A stretch of 63,275 bases of DNA, filler included, from Armatimonadota bacterium (lineage in GTDB: Bacteria; Armatimonadota; Fimbriimonadia; Fimbriimonadales; Fimbriimonadaceae): assembly GCA_031400935.1 (NCBI GenBank). It is 9 parts of 9 records of this genome, joined end to end, with 100 filler letters (N's around TTAATTAATTAA, not from the genome) between each part and the next. Parts side by side here need not be neighbours in the genome. Positions count along the whole stretch, not along the records: positions 1 to 10,560 come from JANNQV010000030.1; positions 10,661 to 42,373 come from JANNQV010000036.1; 7 more parts are not named here. One strand, given 5' to 3'. Under the pieces are notes generated by a model that searched no databases, was not told where the DNA came from, and was given only the letters and a program-made list of their open reading frames with translations. Below are positions 9,558-19,110 of the stretch, in pieces. The first letter of the stretch is position 1. The number at the start of each line of letters is the position of its first letter. A program made the position numbers and the translations under genes.

Positions 9558-10438
9558 TTCAGCCCACCGAATCCCCAAGCATGAGTCATCGCAAGACCCG
9601 CTGTAATGAGAAAACCGATTACGGAAGCAATCACATGCTGATCAGTTAGCAAAATCATGTCTGGCTCTTCTCCATCTCCTTCGTGGAACACCCGATAAAG
9701 GTACCGGCAGATTCCGTAGGCAACGAAAAACGCTGTTGCGAGAAGTCCAGGATGCGCTTTTGCAGTTGCGCTCTCGGAGGAATAAATCCCGTAAGAGATC
9801 ATCGAAGCTCCAGCGAAGATTCCGACCATCATATTGAGAATTGGCAGGCTATAGCCTCCTAAACTTTCTCTCGATACGGTTCGTTCTTCACCCATTTTGA
9901 TAAATTCATCACGACGCTTTGCAAAGCCGAGCATAAGCGCCAACGTCATCGTGCAAACAAATAGCCAATTGGAGATCGTCACATTTAAGGCGAGCGGTCC
10001 CAGAACGGCTCGCATCACAAAACCAATCGCAATCAAAAAGACATCGGTAATAGGGAGTTTTTTGAAGCCGAGATTGTAAATTGCTTGCAAGCAAAAATAA
10101 GCCACGATGAGCCATAAGCAAGCAGGATTGATTGAGAACGCGACTGACAGTGCCCCCGCCGAAAGAGCGAAAACAAGGACCAATGCCATAGCGGTTGATA
10201 CCGTTCCAGACGCGATTGGTCGATCCTTCTTCCGCGGGTGATTTCGATCCCGTTTCGCGTCAATCAGATCGTTGACTACATAAGTTGCAGAACTCGCTAA
10301 GCACATTGCCGCGAATGCCATGAGTGTAAGGCGAATGGACTCAGGATCGAATGCTGCGGTAAAAAGCATCGCGGCAAAGACCAAAAAGTTTTTGGTCCAT
10401 TGCTTTACCCGCAGTAAGTGCAAAATCGCGATTGCCAT
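9554..10438 (-). CDS. ubiA: UbiA-family polyprenyl-phosphate phosphoribosyltransferase (DPPR synthase)
   Basis: LRVKQWTKN, YVVNDLIDAKRDRNHPRKKDRPIASG, GFAKRRDE. Confidence 0.9.
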   Translation of the reverse strand: MAIAILHLLRVKQWTKNFLVFAAMLFTAAFDPESIRLTLMAFAAMCLASSATYVVNDLIDAKRDRNHPRKKDRPIASGTVSTAMALVLVFALSAGALSVAFSINPACLWLIVAYFCLQAIYNLGFKKLPITDVFLIAIGFVMRAVLGPLALNVTISNWLFVCTMTLALMLGFAKRRDEFIKMGEERTVSRESLGGYSLPILNMMVGIFAGASMISYGIYSSESATAKAHPGLLATAFFVAYGICRYLYRVFHEGDGEEPDMILLTDQHVIASVIGFLITAGLAMTHAWGFGGLK

Positions 10439-10459
10439 AGTTGTCTCAAAGGCACAAAA

Positions 10460-10560
10460 TCACATAGCACTTTCGTACACGCGCCACGTTTGTTCCAGTA
10501 CAGCCTCAACGGAATAACGATTTTCAACGAACTTTCGTCCCTCCAATCCCATTTTTGTTC
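10460..10560 (-). CDS. 3' end of a GT4 glycosyltransferase (cut by contig end; not in ORF track)
   Basis: Own translation: ...KMGLEGRKFVENRYSVEAVLEQTWRVYESAM*, a typical GT4 C-terminal helix. Confidence 0.7.
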
Positions 10561-10660
10561 NNNNNNNNNNNNNNNNNNNNNNNNNNNNNNNNNNNNNNNN
10601 NNNNTTAATTAATTAANNNNNNNNNNNNNNNNNNNNNNNNNNNNNNNNNNNNNNNNNNNN
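10561..10660. other. Artificial contig linker (also at 42374-42473, 47443-47542, 50662-50761, 53504-53603, 56154-56253, 58759-58858, 60960-61059)
   Basis: Identical 44N + TTAATTAATTAA + 44N spacers with stops in all six frames; most flanking genes are cut mid-sequence. Confidence 0.99.
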
Positions 10661-11494
10661 CTCCAGGTAGCTGGCGGCATTCTCAATTGATTCGGCGAGA
10701 GATTGGACGAACTTGTTTGGCCGGAGCTTTCTTCCGGCAGACAAATCTGAAATGAGATGAGAATAGCCCACGATTCGATCAATCGAAGTTCTGAAATCAA
10801 CAGAAACGTCCTTTACAATTCCGAGTCGCTTTGTTACATCGGGGGTTGCCTTCGCTAGCGCATCGTCTAGCCCTTCGATTGCAAAGTCGAATACAGAAAC
10901 ATTTGCATAAAGGCTTGCTGCCAAATTGCCTATGTCGTGACTTACTTTTCCCATTCCGAGCAACGAACTTGCTCGTGTAGATTCTTCACTTAGCTTTGCG
11001 TTCAAAATGGCAAGGGTAGCTACTGCGGCAACTGTGTCGAGAACCGTTATGTCGCTTTCTTCAAACATCCCGCCAACTTTGTTGATTAGCTGAACGACGC
11101 CAATCGGGGATTCATCTTGCATCTGCAAGGGAACTGTGATCATAGATCGAACCTGCACTCCGGTTTGCTGCTCAATTCGATTCAGTTGATCGCCTGGCTT
11201 GGGTGGAAATTCACTAATCAGCGTTTTACCGGTCTGAAAAACTTTGCCTGCGGCGCCAAAATTATCTGGGATGTTCTCAAACTCAAGTTTTTCGCGGACT
11301 TCCTCAGGCAAAACATGGCGAAAGACGAGAGTTTGGTTCGAATCGTCATGCAAATAGATCGTTCCGCCGCTGGCGCCAACAGCCTGAACGCAAATGCCAA
11401 GAACACGCGGAAGCAAGAGATCAATATGCCCGCTGCCAGCTAACATCCTCGTCGCGGTTTGAACTGCGAGCAACAAATCTTCTTTTGAAGCCAT
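10661..11494 (-). CDS. GAF-domain sensor histidine kinase (C-terminus cut by contig end)
   Basis: GAF (RSMITVPL, IGVVQLINK, F.ESD), then H-box VSHDIGN. Confidence 0.82.
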
Positions 11495-11635
11495 TGACCT
11501 TGGAATGTACCATGTAAGAGTGCCTGTTCATCGCGCTGAATTCAAGGAAAACAAGGAACATCCCAACATTCTCTAGTAAAATGAACTACAACACATCTGG
11601 ACAAATGTATTTTTCATCACTCTGGGGGCATCACT

Positions 11636-12208
11636 TTGAGCATAAGTAGAACTATTGATTGCTCTTCAACGCAAATGCCTGCGATGAATACGAAATTGCA
11701 GGAGGCAAAGGCTGGCAACCGATCAGCGTTTGATGAGTTGATTGTTCCTTTCATTTCTGATTTGAGAACTTTTGTGTCAACAAAGGTTGATGCCAAGGAA
11801 GTTGACGATGTTGTGCAAGAAGTTCTGCTGGCAGCATGGAAGGCAATTCCGGGCTTTGATGGGCGGAGCAAATTGCGTACCTGGCTTTTTGGCATTTGCA
11901 TTTTCAAAGTCAAAGATCATTACCGACTCAAAATGCGGAGAATCCAAGAAGTTTCGATTGAAGGATACGATGCTGAATCAGGGACACCAGGTCTAAGCTA
12001 TCAAACGGAACTTGCCCATGCCGTAAAAGGATATGTCCAGTCTCTTTCAGCATCACAGTCCGAAGTAATTGACCTCTATTATCAACAAAACTTGACCTTG
12101 GCAGAAGTAGCCACGGTCCTCGACCGAAACTTGAATACAGTTAAGTACCAGTTTTGCCAAGCGCACTTTCGTTTGGCTAAGTCTATGAAGGACGGGGGAT
12201 TCATATGA
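11636..12208 (+). CDS. ECF RNA polymerase sigma factor (true start probably 11675 or 11684)
   Basis: DDVVQEVLLAAW, FDGRSKLRTWLFGI, region 4 LTLAEVA...NTVK. Confidence 0.9.
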   Translation: MSISRTIDCSSTQMPAMNTKLQEAKAGNRSAFDELIVPFISDLRTFVSTKVDAKEVDDVVQEVLLAAWKAIPGFDGRSKLRTWLFGICIFKVKDHYRLKMRRIQEVSIEGYDAESGTPGLSYQTELAHAVKGYVQSLSASQSEVIDLYYQQNLTLAEVATVLDRNLNTVKYQFCQAHFRLAKSMKDGGFI

Positions 12209-12696
12209 GCAAAGAGATTGAAGAACGATATTGTTCCGATGGGGATTGCAGTTTTGCAAGCAACGTAGTCTTGCTTTCCCATCAAGAACTTGGCTTTTGG
12301 CAGGGCGTTCGAACCCGTTTGCATCTAATTACATGCGATTCATGCAAACAGAGAAATGCGGAGACCAAGGCTGTTAGGGGTCACTTATTGTCCCTTCCTG
12401 GAATTGTTGGTTCTGGATCAGAACTGCCTATTCGAGTTTCACGAAAATTCATCCGGATGCAGGTGGCAATTGCAAGTGTTGTCGCTGTTGCCAGTATTAT
12501 CTTGGCTTATACAGGCATAAACGCATATTTATCAGAGCCCTCGGTTGCAGCGAAGCCAAGTTCAAGCGAACCCGCATTGAGTGTGGCTCCAAAATTGTAC
12601 GGAGATGACGTAATCTCGAAAAAGGGTAGAAAGAGAGGACAAAAGCCCCGCAAGCAATCTTCCGAAGTTGCAAAATCACCAGATTTCATTAGGTAA
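12205..12696 (+). CDS. Zinc-binding anti-sigma factor (ZAS-type)
   Basis: HLITCDSC (HxxxCxxC), one TM helix, ATGA overlap with sigma gene. Confidence 0.75.
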   Translation: MSKEIEERYCSDGDCSFASNVVLLSHQELGFWQGVRTRLHLITCDSCKQRNAETKAVRGHLLSLPGIVGSGSELPIRVSRKFIRMQVAIASVVAVASIILAYTGINAYLSEPSVAAKPSSSEPALSVAPKLYGDDVISKKGRKRGQKPRKQSSEVAKSPDFIR

Positions 12697-12713
12697 CCTT
12701 CAATCCATTCATT

Positions 12714-12739
12714 TGGCCCCTTAGGGGGCCATTTTTTTT
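12714..12739 (+). terminator. Intrinsic terminator of the sigma/anti-sigma operon
   Basis: TGGCCCC-TTAG-GGGGCCA followed by a T run. Confidence 0.7.
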
Positions 12740-13125
12740 CTTAAGTTGTCAATGACTTGAATCAAGATTCCTGAAATCAGGCACGTGAGGAATACGAATG
12801 GCAGGCATCTTTGCCATGCCTCTCCGCCCCATGAGCTAGTCACACTAGCAAAGATTGGAGTCATCCCCACAGCAAAAACTGCACCAATTACCGCGGCCAC
12901 ATTTCGGCGCATTGGGTGGACACCTGCGTTTAGTGCTATTCCACAAGGAATCCCGACAAAGGAACCTATGACGATGCACATCGCTAATGAACGCATGTAA
13001 CCGATGTTTTCAGACGCAAGATCAACTCCATACAGCCTGCCATGTGTTGCAACCGAAATTAGGACGAATGCAGTTGACCACAAGATCGAAGAAGCAACGA
13101 TACGCAAACTACGGTCTTCGAACAT
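12721..13125 (-). CDS. Hypothetical 4-TM membrane protein
   Basis: 134-aa ORF with four hydrophobic segments. Confidence 0.65.
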   Translation of the reverse strand: MFEDRSLRIVASSILWSTAFVLISVATHGRLYGVDLASENIGYMRSLAMCIVIGSFVGIPCGIALNAGVHPMRRNVAAVIGAVFAVGMTPIFASVTSSWGGEAWQRCLPFVFLTCLISGILIQVIDNLRKKMAP

Positions 13126-13153
13126 ATACCATCGTTATACGCGATATGCGGCG

Positions 13154-13591
13154 CTACCTGCCTGAGCGAGTTGGCTTCGAGGTATCCACGCCAAAGTGTT
13201 TTTTGACTTCTGGCTTGAGCCAACTAATCAACAACGGCAGGGCGATCGGAAGGCAAACACAAGTTGTTAGTCCGACCAACAAGTTGCACAAATGGATGTG
13301 ATACATTGTGCTCGATTCGCGGGCATGTGCAAGCCAAATGTTCAAAGGAGCAAATATGGCCCCCGAAATACAAGCCATCACTAGAGTTTTCAAGAACACA
13401 CTTTTTGCAATCTCGTACTCCGGAATGTCCGAAGGAACATCCACTAGGAGCAGTGAAAATAGCCAATCTAGATTCTGAATGGCCCAAATTATTCCGAAGG
13501 TTAGTGCGATGTTTGTAAGCGCCATGCTCCAACAAAACACTCGATTCCAAAGGATTGCTTTTGGCTGAGAATTTTCGAGCGACATAACCAT
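13154..13591 (-). CDS. Hypothetical membrane protein
   Basis: TM helices; C-terminal CLPIALPLLISWLKPEVKKHF. Confidence 0.7.
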   Translation of the reverse strand: MVMSLENSQPKAILWNRVFCWSMALTNIALTFGIIWAIQNLDWLFSLLLVDVPSDIPEYEIAKSVFLKTLVMACISGAIFAPLNIWLAHARESSTMYHIHLCNLLVGLTTCVCLPIALPLLISWLKPEVKKHFGVDTSKPTRSGR

Positions 13592-13643
13592 TCAAGGACG
13601 TTTGACAGATTCCGATTGCATTCTTCAGATACTATGGACTTCA

Positions 13644-15281
13644 ATGAACCTCAAGCGAATTCCGTTTGACAGCCTGACGCTCATGGCAGTTTGTCGTGAG
13701 TTCCAGTCCGTTGTCGGTTCTCGGGTTCAGCGTGTCGTGAAGTTGGATGATTCAACCATTGCATTGAACACTCATGGCATGGGGAAAACATTGTGGATCC
13801 TGATTTGCGTTCATCCAGACTTCGCTCGCATTCACTTTATGGAATCCAAACCCGAATCGGCAATAACGGCAGATGACTTCGTTAGACTTTTGAGGAGTCA
13901 TGTTGAGGGTGCTCGAATCAAAAATTGCCAGATAGAAGGGCTTGACCGCATTTTGAAAATTCAGCTTGAACGCTCCGATGAACCTCCGGTCCTCCTTGTG
14001 GCGGAAATTATGGGGAAGCACTCAAATCTAATTTTGGTTTCATCGGAAAAGAAGATTTTAGCTTGTGCTAAACCTGTCGGCGCAACTAAATCGAGCCGCG
14101 TTGTCTTAGTGGGTCGTAAGTTCGAGCCCCCGCCTCATGCTAAACGCGAATCAATGCTAAAGGCAAACTCATGGGAAGAATTGAAAGGATCAGAAGGTGC
14201 CTCGCCATTTCTCATTCGGTTGCTAGAATCAGTTAGTTCGGGAGAATGGAATTTAGGAAAAGCAACCCTCCAAGGTTGGGTGACATCGGTGAAGATGGGA
14301 ACTGTTCAACCGGTTTTCGACTCTGAATTTGGTGCCTACCCCATTGACGTGGCCGCGCTTGGTTATTGTACTGAACCGATTTCATCAGTTAGTACTGGAT
14401 TAGATCGGTTCTACAAAGAAGCTGCGACTCAATCATCTGTTGAACAGAAACGACGGGCACTTCTTGGCTCCTTAGACCGAGTTGTACTTTCAAGGAGCGC
14501 AGCAATTCACGACTTGAATGAAGTGCTCGCTTCGGGGCTTCATGCTGGCAAATGGCAAATGTATGGCGAACTCTTGTTAGCTTATGGCTCACAAATCACT
14601 TCATCGGCTTCCGTGCTCAAAGTGCAAGATTATTCTTACACCGACGTAGAGATTCCGATTGACCCTGAACTTGATCCAATTGAGAATGCAAATCGCTATT
14701 TTTCGAAGGCAAAGAAGTCCAAATCAAATCTTGCCACCAGAAATAAGCAATTTGAACTGTTAACAGCCGAGTTAACTGAAATTAATTCACTAGTTCTTAA
14801 AGTCAATGCATGCACGTCACTATCTGAACTCGAAGACTTTTCGGCAATTGCCCGAACACGCAAGTGGTTGCATGTCGTTAGAGTTCAATCAGAGTCAGGC
14901 GGCAAAGCGACGGACGATCCATTTCAAGGTCATAGAATTCGAAAGCTGGAGGCGCCGGGCGGGTTACGAGTCCTTTATGGAGAGAATGCGACTAGCAACG
15001 ACTTTTTGACTTTGAGAGTAGCAAAGCCGAACGACATTTGGCTTCATGTGCGAGGGGGCAATTCTGCTCACGTAGTTATTCAGACTGGAAATGCTCCTGA
15101 AAGGGTTGGGAAAGCCATAATCGAATTTGCAGCTGGCGTTGCCGTGCGGAACAGCCCTAGCAAGCATTCTGGTTACGTATCCGTTGATTACACCTTAAGA
15201 AAGTATGTTCGCAAGCCCAAAGGTGCACCTATTGGCACTGCGCTCTACACGCACGAAAAGACGATCAACATTCAAAGTTGA
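13644..15281 (+). CDS. rqcH: NFACT / Rqc2-family ribosome quality control protein (FbpA-like)
   Basis: GLDRIL, EIMGKHSNLIL, ENANRYF, GENATSND, DIWLHVRG..SAHVVI, VDYT..KYVRKPKG. Confidence 0.92.
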   Translation: MNLKRIPFDSLTLMAVCREFQSVVGSRVQRVVKLDDSTIALNTHGMGKTLWILICVHPDFARIHFMESKPESAITADDFVRLLRSHVEGARIKNCQIEGLDRILKIQLERSDEPPVLLVAEIMGKHSNLILVSSEKKILACAKPVGATKSSRVVLVGRKFEPPPHAKRESMLKANSWEELKGSEGASPFLIRLLESVSSGEWNLGKATLQGWVTSVKMGTVQPVFDSEFGAYPIDVAALGYCTEPISSVSTGLDRFYKEAATQSSVEQKRRALLGSLDRVVLSRSAAIHDLNEVLASGLHAGKWQMYGELLLAYGSQITSSASVLKVQDYSYTDVEIPIDPELDPIENANRYFSKAKKSKSNLATRNKQFELLTAELTEINSLVLKVNACTSLSELEDFSAIARTRKWLHVVRVQSESGGKATDDPFQGHRIRKLEAPGGLRVLYGENATSNDFLTLRVAKPNDIWLHVRGGNSAHVVIQTGNAPERVGKAIIEFAAGVAVRNSPSKHSGYVSVDYTLRKYVRKPKGAPIGTALYTHEKTINIQS

Positions 15282-15288
15282 GTGAAGA

Positions 15289-15957
15289 CTAATTCTTGTG
15301 AGCTTCTACTTTTGCGCGAAGCTCTTCAGCACTGTCCCTTGGTACGAGAGCTACTACAAAGTCATGCGGAAGCAGCTCCGTGTCACCGGTTACCAAAAGA
15401 CCTTGGTCGTTTCTGAGAATCCAAACAATGTTCGTACCGGGCGGGAGAACAATGTCTCTTACCTTCATATTGCAAACCGGCGAGCGTGCTGACAATTCGA
15501 CTTCAACGACTTCAATATTTCCCCTGCCCAATGCACCTACAGGCAGCAAAACGTCGGGTGAAATCTGCTGTTCCAGTAGTGAATAGATGATTCCAGTTGC
15601 TGAGACGGTGTCATCAATGCCAATTTTCCAGAAGACTTCCTCGTGTACTGGATCGTTTACTCTCGCTAGGACACGATCAACATTCCATACGGTTTTTGCC
15701 ATTTGGCAGGTAACCATATTGTCTTCGTCTTCCCCGGTTACAGCAACGACCACATCGGCTCTTCCAAATCCGGCGTCTTTCTGGGTCGTTGTTTCGCATC
15801 CGTCACCAACCATGACATTTTCTTCACCTAAAATCTGTGCAAGGCGAACGGCTTGACGTGCGTCTCTTTCAAGCAAGAGGACCTCATGTTCGCCCAACAG
15901 GAGTCGTTTTGCCAAATGAAGTCCGACATTTCCACCACCAACAATGATCATATACAT
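15289..15957 (-). CDS. trkA: TrkA-family RCK protein (RCK_N + RCK_C)
   Basis: IIVGGGNVG, AVTGEDEDN, LARVNDP, RCK_C tail. Confidence 0.9.
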   Translation of the reverse strand: MYMIIVGGGNVGLHLAKRLLLGEHEVLLLERDARQAVRLAQILGEENVMVGDGCETTTQKDAGFGRADVVVAVTGEDEDNMVTCQMAKTVWNVDRVLARVNDPVHEEVFWKIGIDDTVSATGIIYSLLEQQISPDVLLPVGALGRGNIEVVEVELSARSPVCNMKVRDIVLPPGTNIVWILRNDQGLLVTGDTELLPHDFVVALVPRDSAEELRAKVEAHKN

Positions 15958-15958
15958 G

Positions 15959-16411
15959 TCAGACCTCCAATTCCTTTGGTAACAGATTATATTCGTTAAC
16001 GCTTATGTACTCCTGCTCCATGATCCAGTCTCGCATCATGCCTGAAGTGAGAAGACTTGGAGTTATGCAAAAATATCCGAGATTTCGGTAAGCCTCAGCT
16101 CGTAGAGGGTCTGCAACTTTGATGCAAACTTTGGCAGTTCCAAACTTAATTTTCACAATCTGTGCGGCCATAAGGTTTGTATTGTCGCCTCGAGTCAAAG
16201 CAAAGAAAACATCTGCCGATTCGATTCCAGATTGAAGAAGTACGTCCTCGTCTAACCCGCTGCCAATTACAATATTACACCCATGCTCTTGTCCAAGGCG
16301 CCTAATTGCGGGTGGGTTCTGTTCGATGACAGTTACGTCGTGGCCCTTTGTCGCCAACTGCAGAGCTAACGAGGAACCCGTTCGCCCGCATCCAAAAATA
16401 ACTACTTTCAT
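15959..16411 (-). CDS. trkA: TrkA-family protein, RCK_N only
   Basis: VIFGCGRTG, ALTRGDNTN, 150 aa. Confidence 0.85.
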   Translation of the reverse strand: MKVVIFGCGRTGSSLALQLATKGHDVTVIEQNPPAIRRLGQEHGCNIVIGSGLDEDVLLQSGIESADVFFALTRGDNTNLMAAQIVKIKFGTAKVCIKVADPLRAEAYRNLGYFCITPSLLTSGMMRDWIMEQEYISVNEYNLLPKELEV

Positions 16412-16471
16412 AGAGTTCAGGTTGAAATATACCTGTGAATGGCAGTCTGGAATTGCGTCGTTACTGCCAGA

Positions 16472-18025
16472 CTAGCGGGTCAAATAATAAGTCGGCTCAT
16501 TGAGCAGCATTTTTGACAAGATTGGGTTCAGAATTGTGTCCCCATAGATGGCAAGTGGAACCGTAACTATTCCAAAGAAGAGGCAAAAACTTGCGGCATC
16601 AAACCCAAAATATCTCAAAGCAAGGGTGAGAATGTGCGATGTAGATATCCGTGTTGCGATAGCCCAAAGTGGGGCAGCAAGCAGTACCAGAGTCATTACT
16701 ATTCCTGCGAGCCAAAGCGGCATCGTACTTCCACCAAAATACTCTTCTGGAACACCCAATAATGGCATCAATTCAAAAGCGGGCGTGGTGATACCAACAA
16801 CAAACACCAACATAAAGGCTGAAAAAAGCGTTGCCAAGAAAGCAACTGTCAGGTCGAACAGCGGCCCAAGGCTAATTGGAGGTTTGCTTCTTTCATGTTG
16901 AGGTCCAAACCCCAGAAATGCAAAACTTCCCACAAATGTCAGGGAAAGGAATCCCAACTCGGTCGTGGCATAGACAATTATCCCTAGTGCAAGTCCAAAT
17001 ATGGGTGCAATTGGATTACGTAGCAATACCATGAGCGAGGGGAATTTCTTTCCAAGGTGGCTAAATATTGCGATTCCGAACGAAATAAAGGATACTAAGA
17101 GCAATGAACCCGGCAAGGATGAAATTGCGACAGAAGCGAAAGCTAGAAGTCTAACGGATTCAGTTGGCTCTTGATGAAGGAGAAGCGCTAGCCATGCATC
17201 ATTGTCGTAGAAAGCTTGGTTTGCAAGTTCGACTTCTTCGGACATTCCCAAATCGCGTAGCCGATCAATCAGCGCAAACCTTGCCGTAACAAGTTTTCTT
17301 GGCGAAGAAGATGCCGTCTGCCTGCTTTGCAAGCTTGCTGACTCTACAAGGTCAACTCCTTGTTGGCCCACAGAAATGGATCGTGAATTATCACGGAGCA
17401 AAGCTCCATTCTTCAAGGTATAGATTCGCCTTTCCAATTTTGCACTGGTCGAAAAGTCTATGTCTCGTATTGAATTTCGCCCATAACGGTTAATGAGACC
17501 GGAGGCAGCCTTTGATCGTTGAAAAAACAAGAACGCTGAGTGCCAACTTTGCTCGACGCCTGTTTCTGATACAAAGTCAAGCTTTGCCTTGTCAAACCGG
17601 CTACTCTGGTAGTCATTCCATGTGGAACAATTTGCCGCTCGCTTCCAATGTTCAAATGCGGCTGTGTTGCGGCCCATGGCTTGCTCAAGTACGGCGCTAA
17701 ATTGGGGCCAGAAAGCGTTCTCAGGATCTTGTTTACCTGCATCGTCGGCAATAAGAATCAATTCAACTTGCGTTGATATGGGGAGTTGCTCTCTCATCAA
17801 TAGGCGCTCAGCAGCGACATGAAGCCAAATGGACGATTCAATGAGATTTTTAGGGCGCGGGAGAACCTCATACGTAGCCGGAAGCATTGGAGTCTTGCTT
17901 GCTGCTTTGCTCGGGCCAAACCGAGCTAGTCCGCCCAAAACGTAAGGTCTGGAAAGGGGATGCGCCAAAAGAACAATGAACGCGCCGAGTGCTGCACCAG
18001 CTGCAACACGGCTCAGTGGGCTCAT
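16472..18025 (-). CDS. Hypothetical multi-pass membrane protein in ECF operon
   Basis: N-terminal TM, TPR-like soluble part (DPENAFW), about 6 C-terminal TMs; ATGA overlap with anti-sigma. Confidence 0.75.
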   Translation of the reverse strand: MSPLSRVAAGAALGAFIVLLAHPLSRPYVLGGLARFGPSKAASKTPMLPATYEVLPRPKNLIESSIWLHVAAERLLMREQLPISTQVELILIADDAGKQDPENAFWPQFSAVLEQAMGRNTAAFEHWKRAANCSTWNDYQSSRFDKAKLDFVSETGVEQSWHSAFLFFQRSKAASGLINRYGRNSIRDIDFSTSAKLERRIYTLKNGALLRDNSRSISVGQQGVDLVESASLQSRQTASSSPRKLVTARFALIDRLRDLGMSEEVELANQAFYDNDAWLALLLHQEPTESVRLLAFASVAISSLPGSLLLVSFISFGIAIFSHLGKKFPSLMVLLRNPIAPIFGLALGIIVYATTELGFLSLTFVGSFAFLGFGPQHERSKPPISLGPLFDLTVAFLATLFSAFMLVFVVGITTPAFELMPLLGVPEEYFGGSTMPLWLAGIVMTLVLLAAPLWAIATRISTSHILTLALRYFGFDAASFCLFFGIVTVPLAIYGDTILNPILSKMLLNEPTYYLTR

Positions 18026-18456
18026 TGTACGCGGTTTGCGTGACCCGGACTATCAGGAGTGGGAAACATTGGCGAATGTACTTTCCGAGCCTCTCCGGTT
18101 GCCCTGAAAACTGGTAACTGATTCGGTTTGGAAACTAATTGTACGACTGCCAAAACAGCCAATCCTGCAATTGTCGCGCCAGCTAGTGCTGGTGACCAAT
18201 ATGAAAATGCCGTCTTCCTTAATGAAACACGAGCAAGTCGAATCACACGATCGTTAAATCCATTCGAAATGATTGGTTCAATTTGACAGCTTCGCAACAA
18301 GTTGATTCCATAATCAGTTTCGTGATATTGGGCACACCTGTCGCATTCGTTCCCATGATTTGCTACAAAGTCCAATTCCGATTTTGACATTTCATCTTCG
18401 GTTTTGGCGTTGATAATGTAGCTAAATCTGCTGCAACGGCTCCAAAAAATTTTCAT
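18022..18456 (-). CDS. Putative zinc-binding anti-sigma factor
   Basis: HGNECDRC (HxxxCxxC), single TM, overlaps sigma stop. Confidence 0.75.
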   Translation of the reverse strand: MKIFWSRCSRFSYIINAKTEDEMSKSELDFVANHGNECDRCAQYHETDYGINLLRSCQIEPIISNGFNDRVIRLARVSLRKTAFSYWSPALAGATIAGLAVLAVVQLVSKPNQLPVFRATGEARKVHSPMFPTPDSPGHANRVQ

Positions 18457-19010
18457 TCTGCAATTGCCTCCAACCAAAGTTTGCGAAATCGCTCACGAGC
18501 TGAATGCAGCCTCGATCGAACGGTTCCAATTGGTACGTGCATGCATTCGGCAACCTCGTCATAACTGAGCTGTTCCATTTCTCTTAATACGAGGGTTGCT
18601 CGGAGGTCGTAGGGCAATTGGCTTAGAATTTTTTCAATTACCACTTTTGTTTCGACACTAAGGCCTTCATGTGGTTGAACTTCTTCAATTTCGGCAGGTT
18701 CAGCTCTTTTCAGTCGAAGCCGATCCATGCATAGTCGAACGCAAATGCGGTAAAGGTATCCAGAAAATGCCTTGTCTTCTCGAAGACGATGAAGCTCCCG
18801 AAACGCTTTCAAAAAAGACTCTTGGGCAACATCCTCTGCCTCGTAACGATCTCTCAAAAGGTTTGCCGCTGTGCGAATCAGGCGGCTTCGATGCCTGCCT
18901 ACGAGATGAGACATTGCAGTTTCGTCTTGGTTACGACTGCGAGCCACCCAGGCCCACTCCTCGTGGGCCTGCTCAGCTTTCGAAATTCTAAAAATGTCTG
19001 TATCAACCAT
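18453..19010 (-). CDS. ECF sigma factor (SigW/RpoE-like)
   Basis: EAEDVAQESFLKAF, LREMEQLSYDEVA...PIGTVRSRLHSAR. Confidence 0.93.
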   Translation of the reverse strand: MVDTDIFRISKAEQAHEEWAWVARSRNQDETAMSHLVGRHRSRLIRTAANLLRDRYEAEDVAQESFLKAFRELHRLREDKAFSGYLYRICVRLCMDRLRLKRAEPAEIEEVQPHEGLSVETKVVIEKILSQLPYDLRATLVLREMEQLSYDEVAECMHVPIGTVRSRLHSARERFRKLWLEAIAE

Positions 19011-19110
19011 AACTCTACAAATACAATAGCACGTCTTTTCTATAGACGGTAGTGTTTTCTACATTTGTTCGTCAATAAATTGCGAAATCGGTAGAATCTG
19101 CTAGGTAATT

